DNA of 64,000 nt from Eledone cirrhosa (GCA_964016885.1 OZ024743.1:325066001-325130000); one strand, 5' to 3'; positions 1 through 9,829 are shown, numbered from the stretch's first letter. Made by a program: numbers and translations. Notes: generated by a model from the sequence alone, not told the origin.

Positions 1-62
1 TAAGGAACCAGATGCACCCTAATGCACCAGAGTACTCAATACTTAGGGTAGTAGAGTGGGAA

Positions 63-184
63 ATAGGAAAAAGTATGACCCCGATGGCAGAGCTCAAGCC
101 ATTTCGACGGCTATTTCTGGACTAGTCCAGAAATAGCCGTCGAAACGGCTTGAGCTCTGCCGTCGGGGTCATACTTTTTCCTAT
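63..184. repeat. 122-bp near-perfect palindrome with no spacer (centre ACTAGT, 121-126); foldback or MITE-like
   Basis: Position i pairs with 247-i from 63 to 184. Only two mismatches: T85/G162 and A101/C146. Confidence 0.95.
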
Positions 185-189
185 ATATA

Positions 190-235
190 TACCCATGTTA
201 GTGTGAAAAAATGGACATAAAATGGTGATGATGAT
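190..235 (+). mobile_element. Fragment of an RTE-like SINE/LINE 3' tail
   Basis: ACCCATGTTAGTGTGAAAAAATGGACATAAAATGGTGATGATGAT resembles 9787-9828 (ACCCATGCTAGCATGGAAAAATGGACATTAAACGATGATGAT) and ends in (GAT)n. Confidence 0.6.
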
Positions 236-496
236 ATATACACACACTGTTGTCTTGTGTAAAAAAGGTTTGAATTGTACAACATAGATCACCAAACTAC
301 ATGTCTACAAGAACTTACTTGAACACTCCTACAACAAATATATTTCTCTCTCACACACTAACTTTATCTGACCTTGCTCACCCGGCAGGTTGACATCCCA
401 ATTCTTCACACCTCTTACCTGGTTTCACACTCTCCAGCTTCTATTTTTTTTCTCAGGCTCTTACATTAATATATCTTTACTACAGTTACCTCCCAC

Positions 497-516
497 CACA
501 CACACACACACACACA
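497..516. repeat. (CA)n microsatellite
   Basis: Direct reading of the CACACA run. Confidence 0.9.
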
Positions 517-621
517 GTCACACCCTCCCTCATTCTTTGACTGATTATATGTATACACACATATATACACACACATAGCAAAAATAACACAAAGGGAAAA
601 TTATATAAGACATGGAATATA

Positions 622-727
622 TACAGGATGTCCCCCCAAAAATGTATACACACTTCAACAGCATTCTAATAAATATTTGTTGAACAGGTAATCAAAGTGT
701 GTATATATATTTTGGGGACACCCTGTA
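622..727. mobile_element. ~102-bp Tc1/mariner-type MITE with TA target-site duplication
   Basis: Left end TA-CAGGATGTCCCCCCAAAAATGTATACACACTT; reverse complement of right end TA-CAGGGTGTCCCCAAAATATATATACACACTT. TA lies at 622-623 and 726-727. Confidence 0.75.
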
Positions 728-956
728 TATATATATATCAGTCAACTTGTATTATATAATTGCAATACGTGTCTAAACCTGTAAATATTAACACCAGTAA
801 TACTTTTCATACTACATAACATAATCTTAACATTCTTCTGTATTGCATGACCAGTGGTTCAAAAGAGGTCAGATCACTGACCCTTTGTCACAAGAAGTCC
901 AGTTATCTGAAACGCATTCCTAATGTCTCCTACGACCCTTATGATTATTAAAGAGT

Positions 957-1284
957 TATTCTCCGGTCCCAAATAATAGTGGGGTGGGGGAAAATCAGTA
1001 ATTTTTCTAGGTTGTCTATGTTGATTTAAAAAAAACAAAACAGAATTAGTCGTTTAGTTTACATATTGAGACCCCAACCCATCCTATTTATTTTATAACG
1101 TTTCTAGTAATGTACATTTTTTGTGAAGTATATTGATTTTTAATGTCTAAAGATCACTGGAATGTTACCACTTAAAATAAAATTTTTCCTGAGATAGATT
1201 AGCAAAATTTAATAAATGTGTGTGTGGAGCATCTGAAAAATTAATAAGCAGGGGTGGGCGATGATTATTTGAGTCCCAAGAGTA
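957..1284. mobile_element. Degenerate ~330-bp MITE-like element with imperfect terminal inverted repeats
   Basis: 957-977 TATTCTCCGGTCCCAAATAAT versus reverse complement of 1264-1284 TACTCTTGGGACTCAAATAAT. GGGGTGGG motifs lie near both ends. Confidence 0.5.
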
Positions 1285-1612
1285 GACACTAGAGGTGTGG
1301 GTAGGGCTGAACAGAAGTACTTTATCTCTATATAATTGTTGTTAGAAGTTCTTGGGAGTAATCTTTATTTCTGAGTCATGTGGGTTTTCTTCATCCATTT
1401 CATATTAAGCAACCCAGTTGGTACTGGTGAGCTTGTGTTTCACGCTGCTTAACCTAATTCCTTTGTAGATTTATGACAGAGCTAGCTTTTTTGAGGGGGT
1501 TTTATAGTAATATCCATATTTCACTTTTTCATTTTTTTTAGATTTCTGACAGAGCTGAGGTTTTTTTGTTTTTTTTTATATATTTATTTCACTTTTTTTT
1601 TTATTTTTGCAG

Positions 1613-1911
1613 ACAAATCCAATTCATCAAGTGTGGCAACGGAAGATTCCTTCCTGAATGACAGTGACAATGCCGACAGCAATGCTAATGGCAATGACTC
1701 GGCAGTTTTTGACAACCAAGAAAATCTGGAAGTGAATGCCAACTATTCCAAAGTGCTGAATTTCTTGGAACTTTACTGCTCCCTGAAGGAATGCCCACCT
1801 GAACTGCGACAACAGGTTAATGAACTGCAGACTCTCAGCACTGAGGTCTCACAGTCAATTGCCAATCTCAAAGAGAAATCTGATACATTGTCACCATTTC
1901 AAGAAAATTAG
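1613..1911 (+). CDS. Probable last coding exon of an unidentified host gene: acidic/Asn/Ser-rich linker followed by an amphipathic, coiled-coil-like C-terminus
   Basis: Long polypyrimidine tract ending TTTTTGCAG at 1612. Open frame KSNSSSVATEDSF...YSKVLNFLELYCSLKECPPELRQQVNELQTLSTEVSQSIANLKEK...QEN ends at TAG 1909-1911. GC is higher than the flanks and AATAAA hexamers follow. Upstream exons are not identified. Confidence 0.7.
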
Positions 1912-1974
1912 AATAGAAGAAGAGTGTGAGAGAGAACATGTGTGAATATATGAGAGAGAGAAATAATGAAATGA

Positions 1975-2000
1975 AATAAAGACAAGTATTTAAAAATAAA
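1975..2000 (+). promoter_or_regulatory. Candidate polyadenylation signals (AATAAA at 1975 and 1995)
   Basis: Two AATAAA hexamers 60-90 bp after the stop codon; the AT-rich context lowers specificity. Confidence 0.35.
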
Positions 2001-2329
2001 AGGAAATTTAAAATAATGACCTTTGGGAGACAAAATAACAAAAAAAAAAAACTAAGTTTTTAAAAAGAAACTGAAAAATTGTGAAAATGGAACATTATTT
2101 AGATTGATATTCTTTGTTTGTTTGTTTGTACAACATTATTGTATTTTCATATATAATAATGTCACATCTTACAACATGCAGGGAGGGATACAGTGTAACT
2201 ATTCTAAACTAGATGCACACAAAGAGTACCCTATGATCAAAGTCTGTCATGGGACCCATAAGGCTAACCCCTGCTTTAGCAGGGAAAATAGCCTTAAAAT
2301 GTTTGTTGTATATATAAGGTTGTTTCTTC

Positions 2330-2900
2330 ATGTGTAATGTGTTGTCATGTGTAATGTGTTATGTGTAATGTGTATTCATGTGTAATTTTGTATAATGTTG
2401 TGTTTTCATGTTTAATGTTCTGTTTTTAAGTGTAACATTTTGTCATTGTAAGATTGTGTTGTTATGTGTAATATTGTCTTCATGTATAATGTTGTGTCTT
2501 CATGTATAATGTTGTGTCTTTGTGTATAATGTTGTGTCTTTGTGTATAATGTTGTCTTCATGTATAATGTCTTTGTGTATAATGTGTGTCTTTGTGTATA
2601 ATGTGCGTCTTTGTGTATAATGTGTGTCTTTGTGTATAATGTGTGTCTTTGTGTATAATGTGTGTCTTTGTGTATAATGTGTGTCTTTGTGTATAATGTG
2701 TGTCTTTGTGTATAATGTGTGTCTTTGTGTATAATGTGTGTTTTTGTGTATAATGTGTGTCTTCGTGTATAATGTGTGTCTTTGTGTATAATGTTGTCTT
2801 CATGTATAATGTGTGTCTTTGTGTGTCTTTGTGTATAATGTTGTGTCTTTGTGTATAATGTTGTGTCTTTGTGTAGAATGTTGCGTCTTTGTGTAGAATG
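2330..2900. repeat. 19/20-bp minisatellite (GTGTATAATGTGTGTCTTT / GTGTATAATGTTGTGTCTTY)
   Basis: Homogeneous 19-bp core at ~2570-2790, flanked by 20-bp and degenerate units. Accounts for the repetitive 'ORF' 2558-2989. Confidence 0.95.
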
Positions 2901-2980
2901 TATCTTATATAATGTTCATTACTTTTCTCTGCTTCAGTATTGTTCTTTCTCACAGAATATTGTTGTTTTTGTGTCCTGGG

Positions 2981-3156
2981 ATAATGCACTATCTACAAGT
3001 ATAATTTGATTCTACAGTATTGTATATTATAATGTATAATATATGTATGTGTGTGTATGTGTGTGATAATGGACTATCTATATGTATAATGTGTCTCTAC
3101 AATAATGTATTATATGGATAATGGACAATCTACATGTACTATGTGTCTACAGTAAT
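2981..3156. repeat. Three degenerate copies of ATAATG(G/C)AC(T/A)ATCTA...TCTACA
   Basis: Copies start near 2981, 3066 and 3118. Confidence 0.6.
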
Positions 3157-3279
3157 AATTTTCCAACAAGTCATGCATTTAGTGCACCAACATTCTGATT
3201 ACATGTCAGAGAAAAATTCATAATGCACATTCTTTTAAATATTTTTAGGGTGTATACACTGTGTAGTATTGTCTTCATA

Positions 3280-3558
3280 TATAATTAGAGACAAATCTGT
3301 ACATTTTTAGGATGTATAGACTGTGATAATTAGACAAATCTATACATTTCTAGGATGTATAGACTGTGATAATTAGACAAATCTATACATTTCTAGGATG
3401 TATAGACTGTGATAATTAGACAAATCTATACATTTCTAGGATGTATAGACTGTGATAATTAGAGACATTTGTAGGATGTATAGACTGATAATTAGACAAA
3501 CCTGTACATTTGTAGGATATATAGACTGTGTGATAGTTAGAGACAAACCTGTACATTT
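3280..3558. repeat. 43-bp minisatellite (GATGTATAGACTGTGATAATTAGACAAATCTATACATTTCTAG), ~6 copies
   Basis: Units start at 3311, 3354, 3397 and 3440; edge copies are degenerate. Confidence 0.95.
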
Positions 3559-3633
3559 TTGTTGTTGTTACAACAGTGGATTGGTAGAATTGTTAGACCA
3601 TAAAAGAAAATACTTAATGTTTGTTCTGGGTCA

Positions 3634-3800
3634 TTACATTCTAAATTGAAATTACACCATGGTCAACTTTGTTTTTCTTCCATTCATGATGAATAAAATA
3701 AAGCACCAATCAAGTACTGGGGTCGATATAATTGACTAACTTCTCTTCCACCAAAATTCTGGCCACCTACATATGTTACAAACCATTATTAGTATTATTT
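3634..3800 (+). mobile_element. Decayed SINE copy (family A), 5'-truncated
   Basis: GGTCAACTTTG...AATAAAATAAAGCACCAATCAAGTACTGGGGTCGAT...ATTATTAGTATTATT aligns by eye with 4791-4980. Confidence 0.65.
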
Positions 3801-3820
3801 GGGTGATGAATTGGCAAAGT

Positions 3821-4011
3821 TGTCAAAATGTCAGACAAAATATATTACAGTATTTAGTTCTGGCTCAAGTCCACCTTACCTTTCATCCTTCCATGCTAGA
3901 TAAAATAAAGTACCAGTCAACACCTGGGTTCAATACAATCAACTTCCCCTTCTTCCCCCAAAAATTGCTGGCCTTGTGCCTAAATCAGAAACAGTTATTA
4001 GTATTATTATC
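3821..4011 (+). mobile_element. Decayed SINE copy (family A)
   Basis: CCTTTCATCCTTCC...GATAAAATAAAGTACCAGT...AATTGCTGGCCTTGTGCC...AGAAAC plus an (ATT)-rich tail, all shared with 4791-4980. Confidence 0.8.
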
Positions 4012-4364
4012 ATAAGTACTATTTCTTCTGCTATAGAGTGTGTGGTAAGCACCATAAAACGAAGTTTACTCCTGGTGTATCAGTACCTAAATTTAGGCAA
4101 ATTCAAGCACCACTGTCTTTAACACAGGATTTAACTAACCTCTTCTTTTTCGTCTCCCCAGACTGCCATTTTCCTCCACAAAATTTGAGGTAGTGCATCC
4201 TGCCTGAGGAAGGGCTCCTGTACAGTGGATGGCTGATGCAGCAGGTGTCACTAGCTATTCTCCATGGCAATATTTTCGCTGTCTTGTCTGCAGGGTGCAG
4301 TTAAAATGTACTGCAACCTTAGCTGCTGGCAGAACAACAAATGAAAGGCTGAATATGAAAAAAG

Positions 4365-4560
4365 AAATAATAATAATGATTTCTAATTTAGGAATAAGGT
4401 CTTAAATTTTGTGAGAAAGATTAGTTAGTCAATAGTATGGACCCCAGTATTTGATAGGTACTTCATTTTATCTATCCTGGAATGATAAAAGGCAAAGTTA
4501 ACCTTGAAAATATTTGAAGGCAAAGGGATGGCACAAATTTCTGCCAATCCACCATTCTAA
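4365..4560 (-). mobile_element. Decayed SINE copy (family A), reverse orientation
   Basis: GGTACTTCATTTTATC...AAAGGCAAAGTTAACC and TGCCAATCCACCA are reverse complements of family A core and head motifs. Confidence 0.7.
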
Positions 4561-4603
4561 TAATAATAATAGTAATAATAATAGTAATAATAATAGTAAT
4601 AAT
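4558..4603. repeat. (AAT)n microsatellite with periodic AGT interruptions
   Basis: Direct reading. Confidence 0.9.
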
Positions 4604-4790
4604 AGATGTTTAGTTGATCATTATTTGAATATTTCACATAATCTTTCATTTATTTTTTCACATCATATATTCATTCTAGTATTACATGTTATATAATCAT
4701 TCTATTATTGATAATAGAATCTGAAGGAATTAGAAATATTTGACATTACCAAATGGCTTTGTGAATGTAAACTGTTTACATAATTATTAT

Positions 4791-4980
4791 TGGTGGATTG
4801 GCAGTATTGGTAGAGGGTCGGACGCGATGCTTTGACGCAAAGAGTTACGGCCCTTTCCATTCTGAGTTCAAATCCCGCCGAGGTTAACTTTGCCTTTCAT
4901 CCTTACGGGGGTCGATAAAATAAAGTACCAGTAATACACTGGTTAATTGCTGGCCTTGTGCCAAAAGTAGAAACAATTAT
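4791..4980 (+). mobile_element. tRNA-derived SINE (family A), best-preserved copy; central domain resembles Deu/Nin-type SINE domains
   Basis: A-box-like TGGCAGTATTGG, B-box GAGTTCAAATCCC, core GGTTAACTTTGCCTTTCATCCTTACGGGGGTCGATAAAATAAAGTACCAG. The family assignment is from memory. Confidence 0.85.
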
Positions 4981-5059
4981 TGGTAATTCTTAGAAAATGT
5001 AGAAATCCCAAACACAGTCGATTACTATAAATATCTTAGATGGAAAAAAAGAGGTCAGC

Positions 5060-5126
5060 AGCTGCTACGAAGATTCGAACTCTGTACCTCTCAAATTCCA
5101 GCTGAGCACTCTAAACTATTGAGTTA
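5060..5126 (-). mobile_element. tRNA-like SINE head or tRNA pseudogene fragment
   Basis: The - strand reads TAACTCAATAGTTTAGAG...GAGTTCGAATC (A-box and B-box-like). No convincing acceptor stem. Confidence 0.55.
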
Positions 5127-5688
5127 AAATAATATATATTTGCTGTTGATGGTGTTATAGAATTCCTATATTATACTTTCTACATATAGTTGTATTGTCT
5201 TTAATGTGTACTTCTTTTAAAACACACACACATTTCACTTGTGATGTAACCACCCTTTCTAAAATATATATTATTCTTTTGTTCACGCATTGATAAATCC
5301 AGAAAAAAAAAATGGTTCTGTGTATGTGTATATATAATATGAGAAAAAAATTACCAGCTACAGGCAATAGCCTAAAATTAAGAAAAATTCTGTTTGCTAT
5401 TTGCCGGCTGACTTGCCTTCAACATACTGTATGAAACTGACATCTTCAGTGAATGCTAAACCAGTGGCCCATGAAGGGTTATGCAGTGCTTTCATTTTCC
5501 CATCCATGTATTTGAACACAGTTAAATACAAATACAGGAAAACCAAGTGAAAGAATGAGAAAGAAACACTGCTGTTTTTTTGGTTTTGTTAACATTTATA
5601 TAATAATATTGTATTCTTTGAAAACTCCTGATTTATTAAATTGTATGATTCATTTCAATATAGACTTTTAGTTAATCATTTAATATTA

Positions 5689-5760
5689 GTGCTGGTACCA
5701 TGATGAAATACACCCAGTACACTCTGTAAGGATGTTGGTGTTATGAAGAGCATCCAGTCC
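5689..5760 (+). mobile_element. RTE-like tail repeat fragment (family B)
   Basis: CACCCAGTACACTCTGTAAGGATGTTGGTGTTATGAAGAGCATCCAG resembles 9655-9701. Confidence 0.7.
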
Positions 5761-5809
5761 ATTGCAGGAGTTATTCCCCTGGTTGCTGCTGCTCAGTTTT
5801 CTTTTTTCA

Positions 5810-5913
5810 GCTATGTGGACTGGAGTAACATTAAAATGAAACATCTTGCTCAAGGATGCAATATGTCAGCCAGTCAAATAGAACCCACAACTTTGACACC
5901 CTAACCACTACGT
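5810..5913 (-). mobile_element. Decayed tRNA-derived SINE 5' part with CORE/V-like motif (family C)
   Basis: TCTTGCTCAAGGA...GAACCCACAAC...CCCTAACCACTA is the reverse of a tRNA head plus TCCTTGAGCAAGA motif; similar to 11720-11793. Confidence 0.65.
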
Positions 5914-6099
5914 CATTTTTTTTTTTTTTTTTTTTGGAAGGTTCTATAATAATACTAATAAAATTATTGTGTAAAGTGCTCAGGTGCACTACAACTCGTC
6001 AAAGGTGCATGTATAGTACATAGAATAATATACAAATGTCAGAGAAGTGAATAGTATGAGTCATGATATACATGTGTGTATGTGTGTGGAGGGGGAACA

Positions 6100-7896
6100 T
6101 TAGGTATAGTGTTGGCTAATCTCGGGAAGCATGGAAGTTTTAAAGGATGTAGTGTCTCGACAGCTAACAACTGATGCAGATAGTTTGTTCCATGCTTCAG
6201 CAACTCTGAGCGTGAAATAATGTTTCCGAACGTCATGGGAACTGTGCTGTTTTCTGACTTTGTGGACATGTCCACGTTTGTTAGGCACATGGAAATCAAA
6301 AAGGTACTCAGGGTTGTTGTTGGCAAGATGGTTAACAATTTTGTGGGTGTTTACCAAGTCAGTTGCCAGGCGTTGGAGCTTCAATGTATCCATGCCCAGG
6401 GAAGCAAGGCGTTCAGAGTATGGTAGATGCCTGATGGAGGGTATTCGCTTGGTTGCACTTGGAGGGTATTCTCTTGGTCTCTGAACAGTTTCCAGGCAGT
6501 CAATGTTCTGAGCAAGATAGGGGTTCCAGACTGGTGATGCAAATTCTAAGTGTGGCCGCACCATAGCCATGTACAGCCTTAAATAGATAGATGGAGAGCG
6601 GCTGACAAAGGTCTTGCTGAGTGATGCTAAGACACACTCAGCCCTCTTGACAATTTTAGAGACGTGCTTCGTCCAACGCAAATCGCTGCTGACCGTAATG
6701 CCCAGGTCACGTTCACAAGAAGACTTCTTGATATTAGTGCTGTGGAGGGAGTATGTGGATGCTGGATTTTTACTTCCAAAATGCATGGTGGTGCACTTGT
6801 CCACAGCTAGCTTGAGTTGCCAGTCTGAGATCCATTGTTGCATTGTGTCCAGGTCAGACTGCAAGCAAGATCTATAGTGTTCAGGATCTGTCCTTTTTAT
6901 CTCAAGGTACAGCTTGATGTCATCTGCGTACTTTAGTACTGTGACATTCTTTAAGTTGGCATCTATGTCATTAATATATACCACAAACAAAAGGGGGCCA
7001 AGAACAGATCCCTGTGGTACACCAGATGACATCTCATATGGTGAGGAATGCTGTCCCAGAACCGTGACTATCTCTCTTCGACTGAGAATGAAGGACTTCA
7101 ACCAGTTAAAAAGATCATCCTTCACACCCATTCCAGAGAGTTTTGCCATAAGTCTTTTGTGTGGCACAGAATTGAAAGCTTTCGCAAAGTCAAGGTAAAC
7201 AACATCCACTCATGAGCCGCCATCAGTGATCCGGGGAATGTCTTCAAGAAACTCGATAAGTTGATCACAGCAGCTGGAGTTGGGGATAAATCCAAATTGC
7301 GAGGGCCGGATAAGACTGTGAAAGTTCCAGAAGTTCCAAAGTGTTTCTCTGATACAGGATTCCATCAGTTTGGTAATGCAACTAGTAAGACTGACTGGAT
7401 GATAGTTCACAGGTGATGTGAGGTCACCCTTTTTGAACAGAGGAATGACACTGGCAGCTTTCCACTGTTCTGGAGTAGCACCGTTGTTCAGACAGAATTG
7501 GAAGAAGCGTGATAACTGGTGCAGAAGGAAGTACTCACCACGTTTAAGAGGCAGGTACGTAGCACCATCAAGACCAGGAGAGGCAGAGTTGCGTTTATTT
7601 TTTAGGTGACATCGCAGCATTGCAGGTGTAAATTCCATGGTTGTAATAGAGTCCGGTGTCATAGATGGTGGAGATGGTACACTCTGGTCTTCAATAGTGA
7701 AAATGCCTGCATAGCATTCAGCAATCAGCTCTGCACATTCCTTGGGGTCGTCAGTAACCTGGCTTGTGTGGGGATTGTGAAGAGGACCAACTGGAGAGTA
7801 AGACCTCTGCTTTGAGTGAACATACTTCCAGAACACCTTACTGTCAGGGTTGGTTGCTATGCGCTGCTCAAATTGAAGCACTGCCTTTTTTGTCAC
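6100..7896 (-). pseudogene. LINE ORF2 reverse transcriptase region, interrupted by an in-frame TGA at 7210-7212
   Basis: Motifs WKAASVIPLFKKG, NYHPVSLTS, QFGF, YLDFAKAF, SGVPQGSVLGPLLF, YADD, ERDLG, VRPHLEFA..VWNP, YFTLRVAEAWNKL. ORFs 7210-7896 and 6100-7209 are in the same frame. Confidence 0.95.
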
Positions 7897-8047
7897 CTGT
7901 TTGAGGTGGTTGGACGATTTATTTCGCCTCTTCCTATTGATGTCTGATTTGTGCAGTTTGTACTCACATTCAGCATTGCAACGTTCTTTTCTGGCAAGAT
8001 GGACTGCTGCAGTCTCCTAAATTGCACTTTTGGGATGTTTTTTCCGC

Positions 8048-8876
8048 TTACGTGGCACCGATGCTGCACATGCTGTCCATATTGAGCTCAGAATGTTCTG
8101 TTAATACAGTGTTGACATCTCCAGAGTCGTAGAACGCAAGCCAGTTTGGACGTTGCAGCTCGGTGCAGTAACAGTTCCAGTCTGCTTTATTCCAGTCAAA
8201 GTGAGCAGTTTGGAGATGGTTGTGGTTCTTGTAACTGCCCATGAGGGATAGATTAATCATGCTATGATCATTGCCAGAGTCACCTAAAGGTTCCTCAGAC
8301 ACTAATGACCGTTTCAGGAGTAGTGGTGAAGAGTAGGTCCAAAGTGTTGTCACCTCTTGTTGGGGAGGTGACTACTTGGGACCAATTCGAGTTCAGCACT
8401 AGCTCATGGAAGTTATTTGCACTTGGCGGCCAACGAAAGGTTTCCCAGTCTATCTCAGGGTGATTGAAGTCTCCTGCAATAAAAACATAAGTGGCTGTTT
8501 TCCTGGCAGCAGCTCTGAGGATATCACAAAGTTGAGTGTCCTGATGGTAATTTGGGGGATGGTAAACGACTCCAAGTAGCAGTGTTGACATGGTCATACG
8601 TATGTCACAGAAAAAAACTTCCTGCTGTGATTGGTTCAAATCAACACAAGGAATTGCTGACAAATTTGACCGAACGTAAACCATTACACCACCACCACGA
8701 CGATTAATGCGGTCTTTACGAAACAGGTTGTAGCCAGTTATGCTGAAAACCCCATCACAGAGTAAGGGATGTGCCCAAGTTTCCGTGACTGTCATGAAAT
8801 CAGGGTTGATACTTTTGACATAGGAATCAAAAAGATGAATCTTATTGCATAGACTACGTGCATTCAAAGACAACAA
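8048..8876 (-). pseudogene. LINE ORF2 apurinic-like endonuclease (APE) domain, frameshifted
   Basis: LNARSL, VTETW, RKDR..RGGGV, GDFNHP, PTRGDNTLDL, then NDH (SDH-like motif) in the shifted frame 8048-8353. Confidence 0.93.
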
Positions 8877-8932
8877 TTTGTACCTTGATTCCAGTATATG
8901 ATTATATGCAGGGGATGGCAGGTTCTTCTGAT

Positions 8933-9473
8933 TTAGTTTCCCAGAGTTTTGTCAGTTTTTTTATTGTCAGTTGTGGATACAGTGTTTTCAGACCAGCTGG
9001 TATCTCTTTTCCATGATACACCAGCCTTAACAAACTTCCATATCTGCCCATCATCACGTAGGCTGAAGCTTTCATGTTCTGCCGAGCTGCAGTTTAAGGA
9101 AGCTTCTGGGTGGAAGACCAGGGCATGGTCGGAAAGCAATCTGACTTTCACGCCTAGCTTTATCAGAGGCTACAAGGTATGAACATGCCTCAGTTGAGTT
9201 CGAAAAAGACAGTCTAATTAGCCTGGGTTTCGGGCCTGGTCGGCCAAGGCGTAGAGCTACCTTTGCGGGAGCACAGCCCAAGTCTTTGGATGAACTGGCA
9301 GCAAATGCCTGAAGATCAACTATGTCTTCTGGTACACCAATGGCAATCACTTCGTGGTTTGCAGATTCAGTGGCATTCTCAATGCGTCTAGGTTCAACAT
9401 GAGGTACGCAGAGATTTTTTAACAAGGTTCTGTTACTATTTTCATTATCATTTAGACTTTTACATGCTGGCAT
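8933..9473 (-). pseudogene. LINE ORF1 C-terminal remnant, frameshifted
   Basis: VIAIGVPE...RLGRPGPKPRLIRLSF resembles CR1/L2 ORF1 motifs and lies immediately upstream of ORF2. Confidence 0.7.
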
Positions 9474-9500
9474 GGGTTGGAAGGGATATTTTAAGGCAAT

Positions 9501-9540
9501 GTTTTACAGCTGGATACCTTTCCTAACACCAACACTTTTA
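9501..9540 (-). mobile_element. RTE-like tail fragment (family B), reverse orientation
   Basis: The - strand reads AAGTGTTGGTGTTAGGAAAGGTATCCAGCTGTAAAAC, matching 9673-9711. Confidence 0.65.
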
Positions 9541-9639
9541 GTTGTCTCTTACAGCATGCAAAGATACAGTGTACCTATTCTAAACCAGGCTCACAGTTAA
9601 TTCTTTTTATTTACACACAAACATACGTGGTCGTGTATG

Positions 9640-9829
9640 TGTCATGACAAAAAGCACCCAGTACACACTGTTAAGTGGTTGGCATTGGGAAGGGCATCCA
9701 GCCATAGAAACAAAGCCAGAAACAGTTCTGTATGAGCAAGACACAGTCACCTGATTTGATGTGCCTCAAACAGGACAACCCGTCTAACCCATGCTAGCAT
9801 GGAAAAATGGACATTAAACGATGATGATT
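9640..9829 (+). mobile_element. RTE-like SINE/LINE 3' region (family B) ending in (GAT)n
   Basis: GTGGTTGGCATTGGGAAGGGCATCCAGCCATAGAAAC...AACCCATGCTAGCATGGAAAAATGGACATTAAACGATGATGAT. Confidence 0.75.

Larger units (their letters stand above)
5942..9476 (-). mobile_element. CR1/L2-group non-LTR retrotransposon (LINE), 5'-truncated and inactive
   Basis: Collinear ORF1 remnant, APE domain and RT on the - strand. 3' UTR with stem-loop TGTAGTGC-ACCTGA-GCACTTTACA and an ATT-rich end. GC is elevated relative to the flanks. Confidence 0.95.

Noticed and set aside
79-150. Hammerhead ribozyme in the palindrome (CCGATGG...CGAAAC)
   Set aside because: The core does not match CUGANGA, and the perfect foldback would outcompete a three-way junction.
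390-578. 62-aa ORF and other short AT-rich ORFs
   Set aside because: Low-complexity or microsatellite-derived, with non-ATG starts and no motifs.
2558-2989. 143-aa His/Thr/Lys-rich ORF
   Set aside because: It is the translation of the 19-bp minisatellite.
5060-5126. Functional tRNA gene
   Set aside because: A/B-box-like motifs only; no proper cloverleaf could be built by eye.
5916-5935. T20 run as the LINE poly(A) tail
   Set aside because: It is separated from the ATT-rich LINE end by GGAAGGTTC and lies outside the possible TSD, so it could not be assigned with confidence.
6220-7815. Several + strand ORFs
   Set aside because: Antisense shadows of the LINE ORF2.
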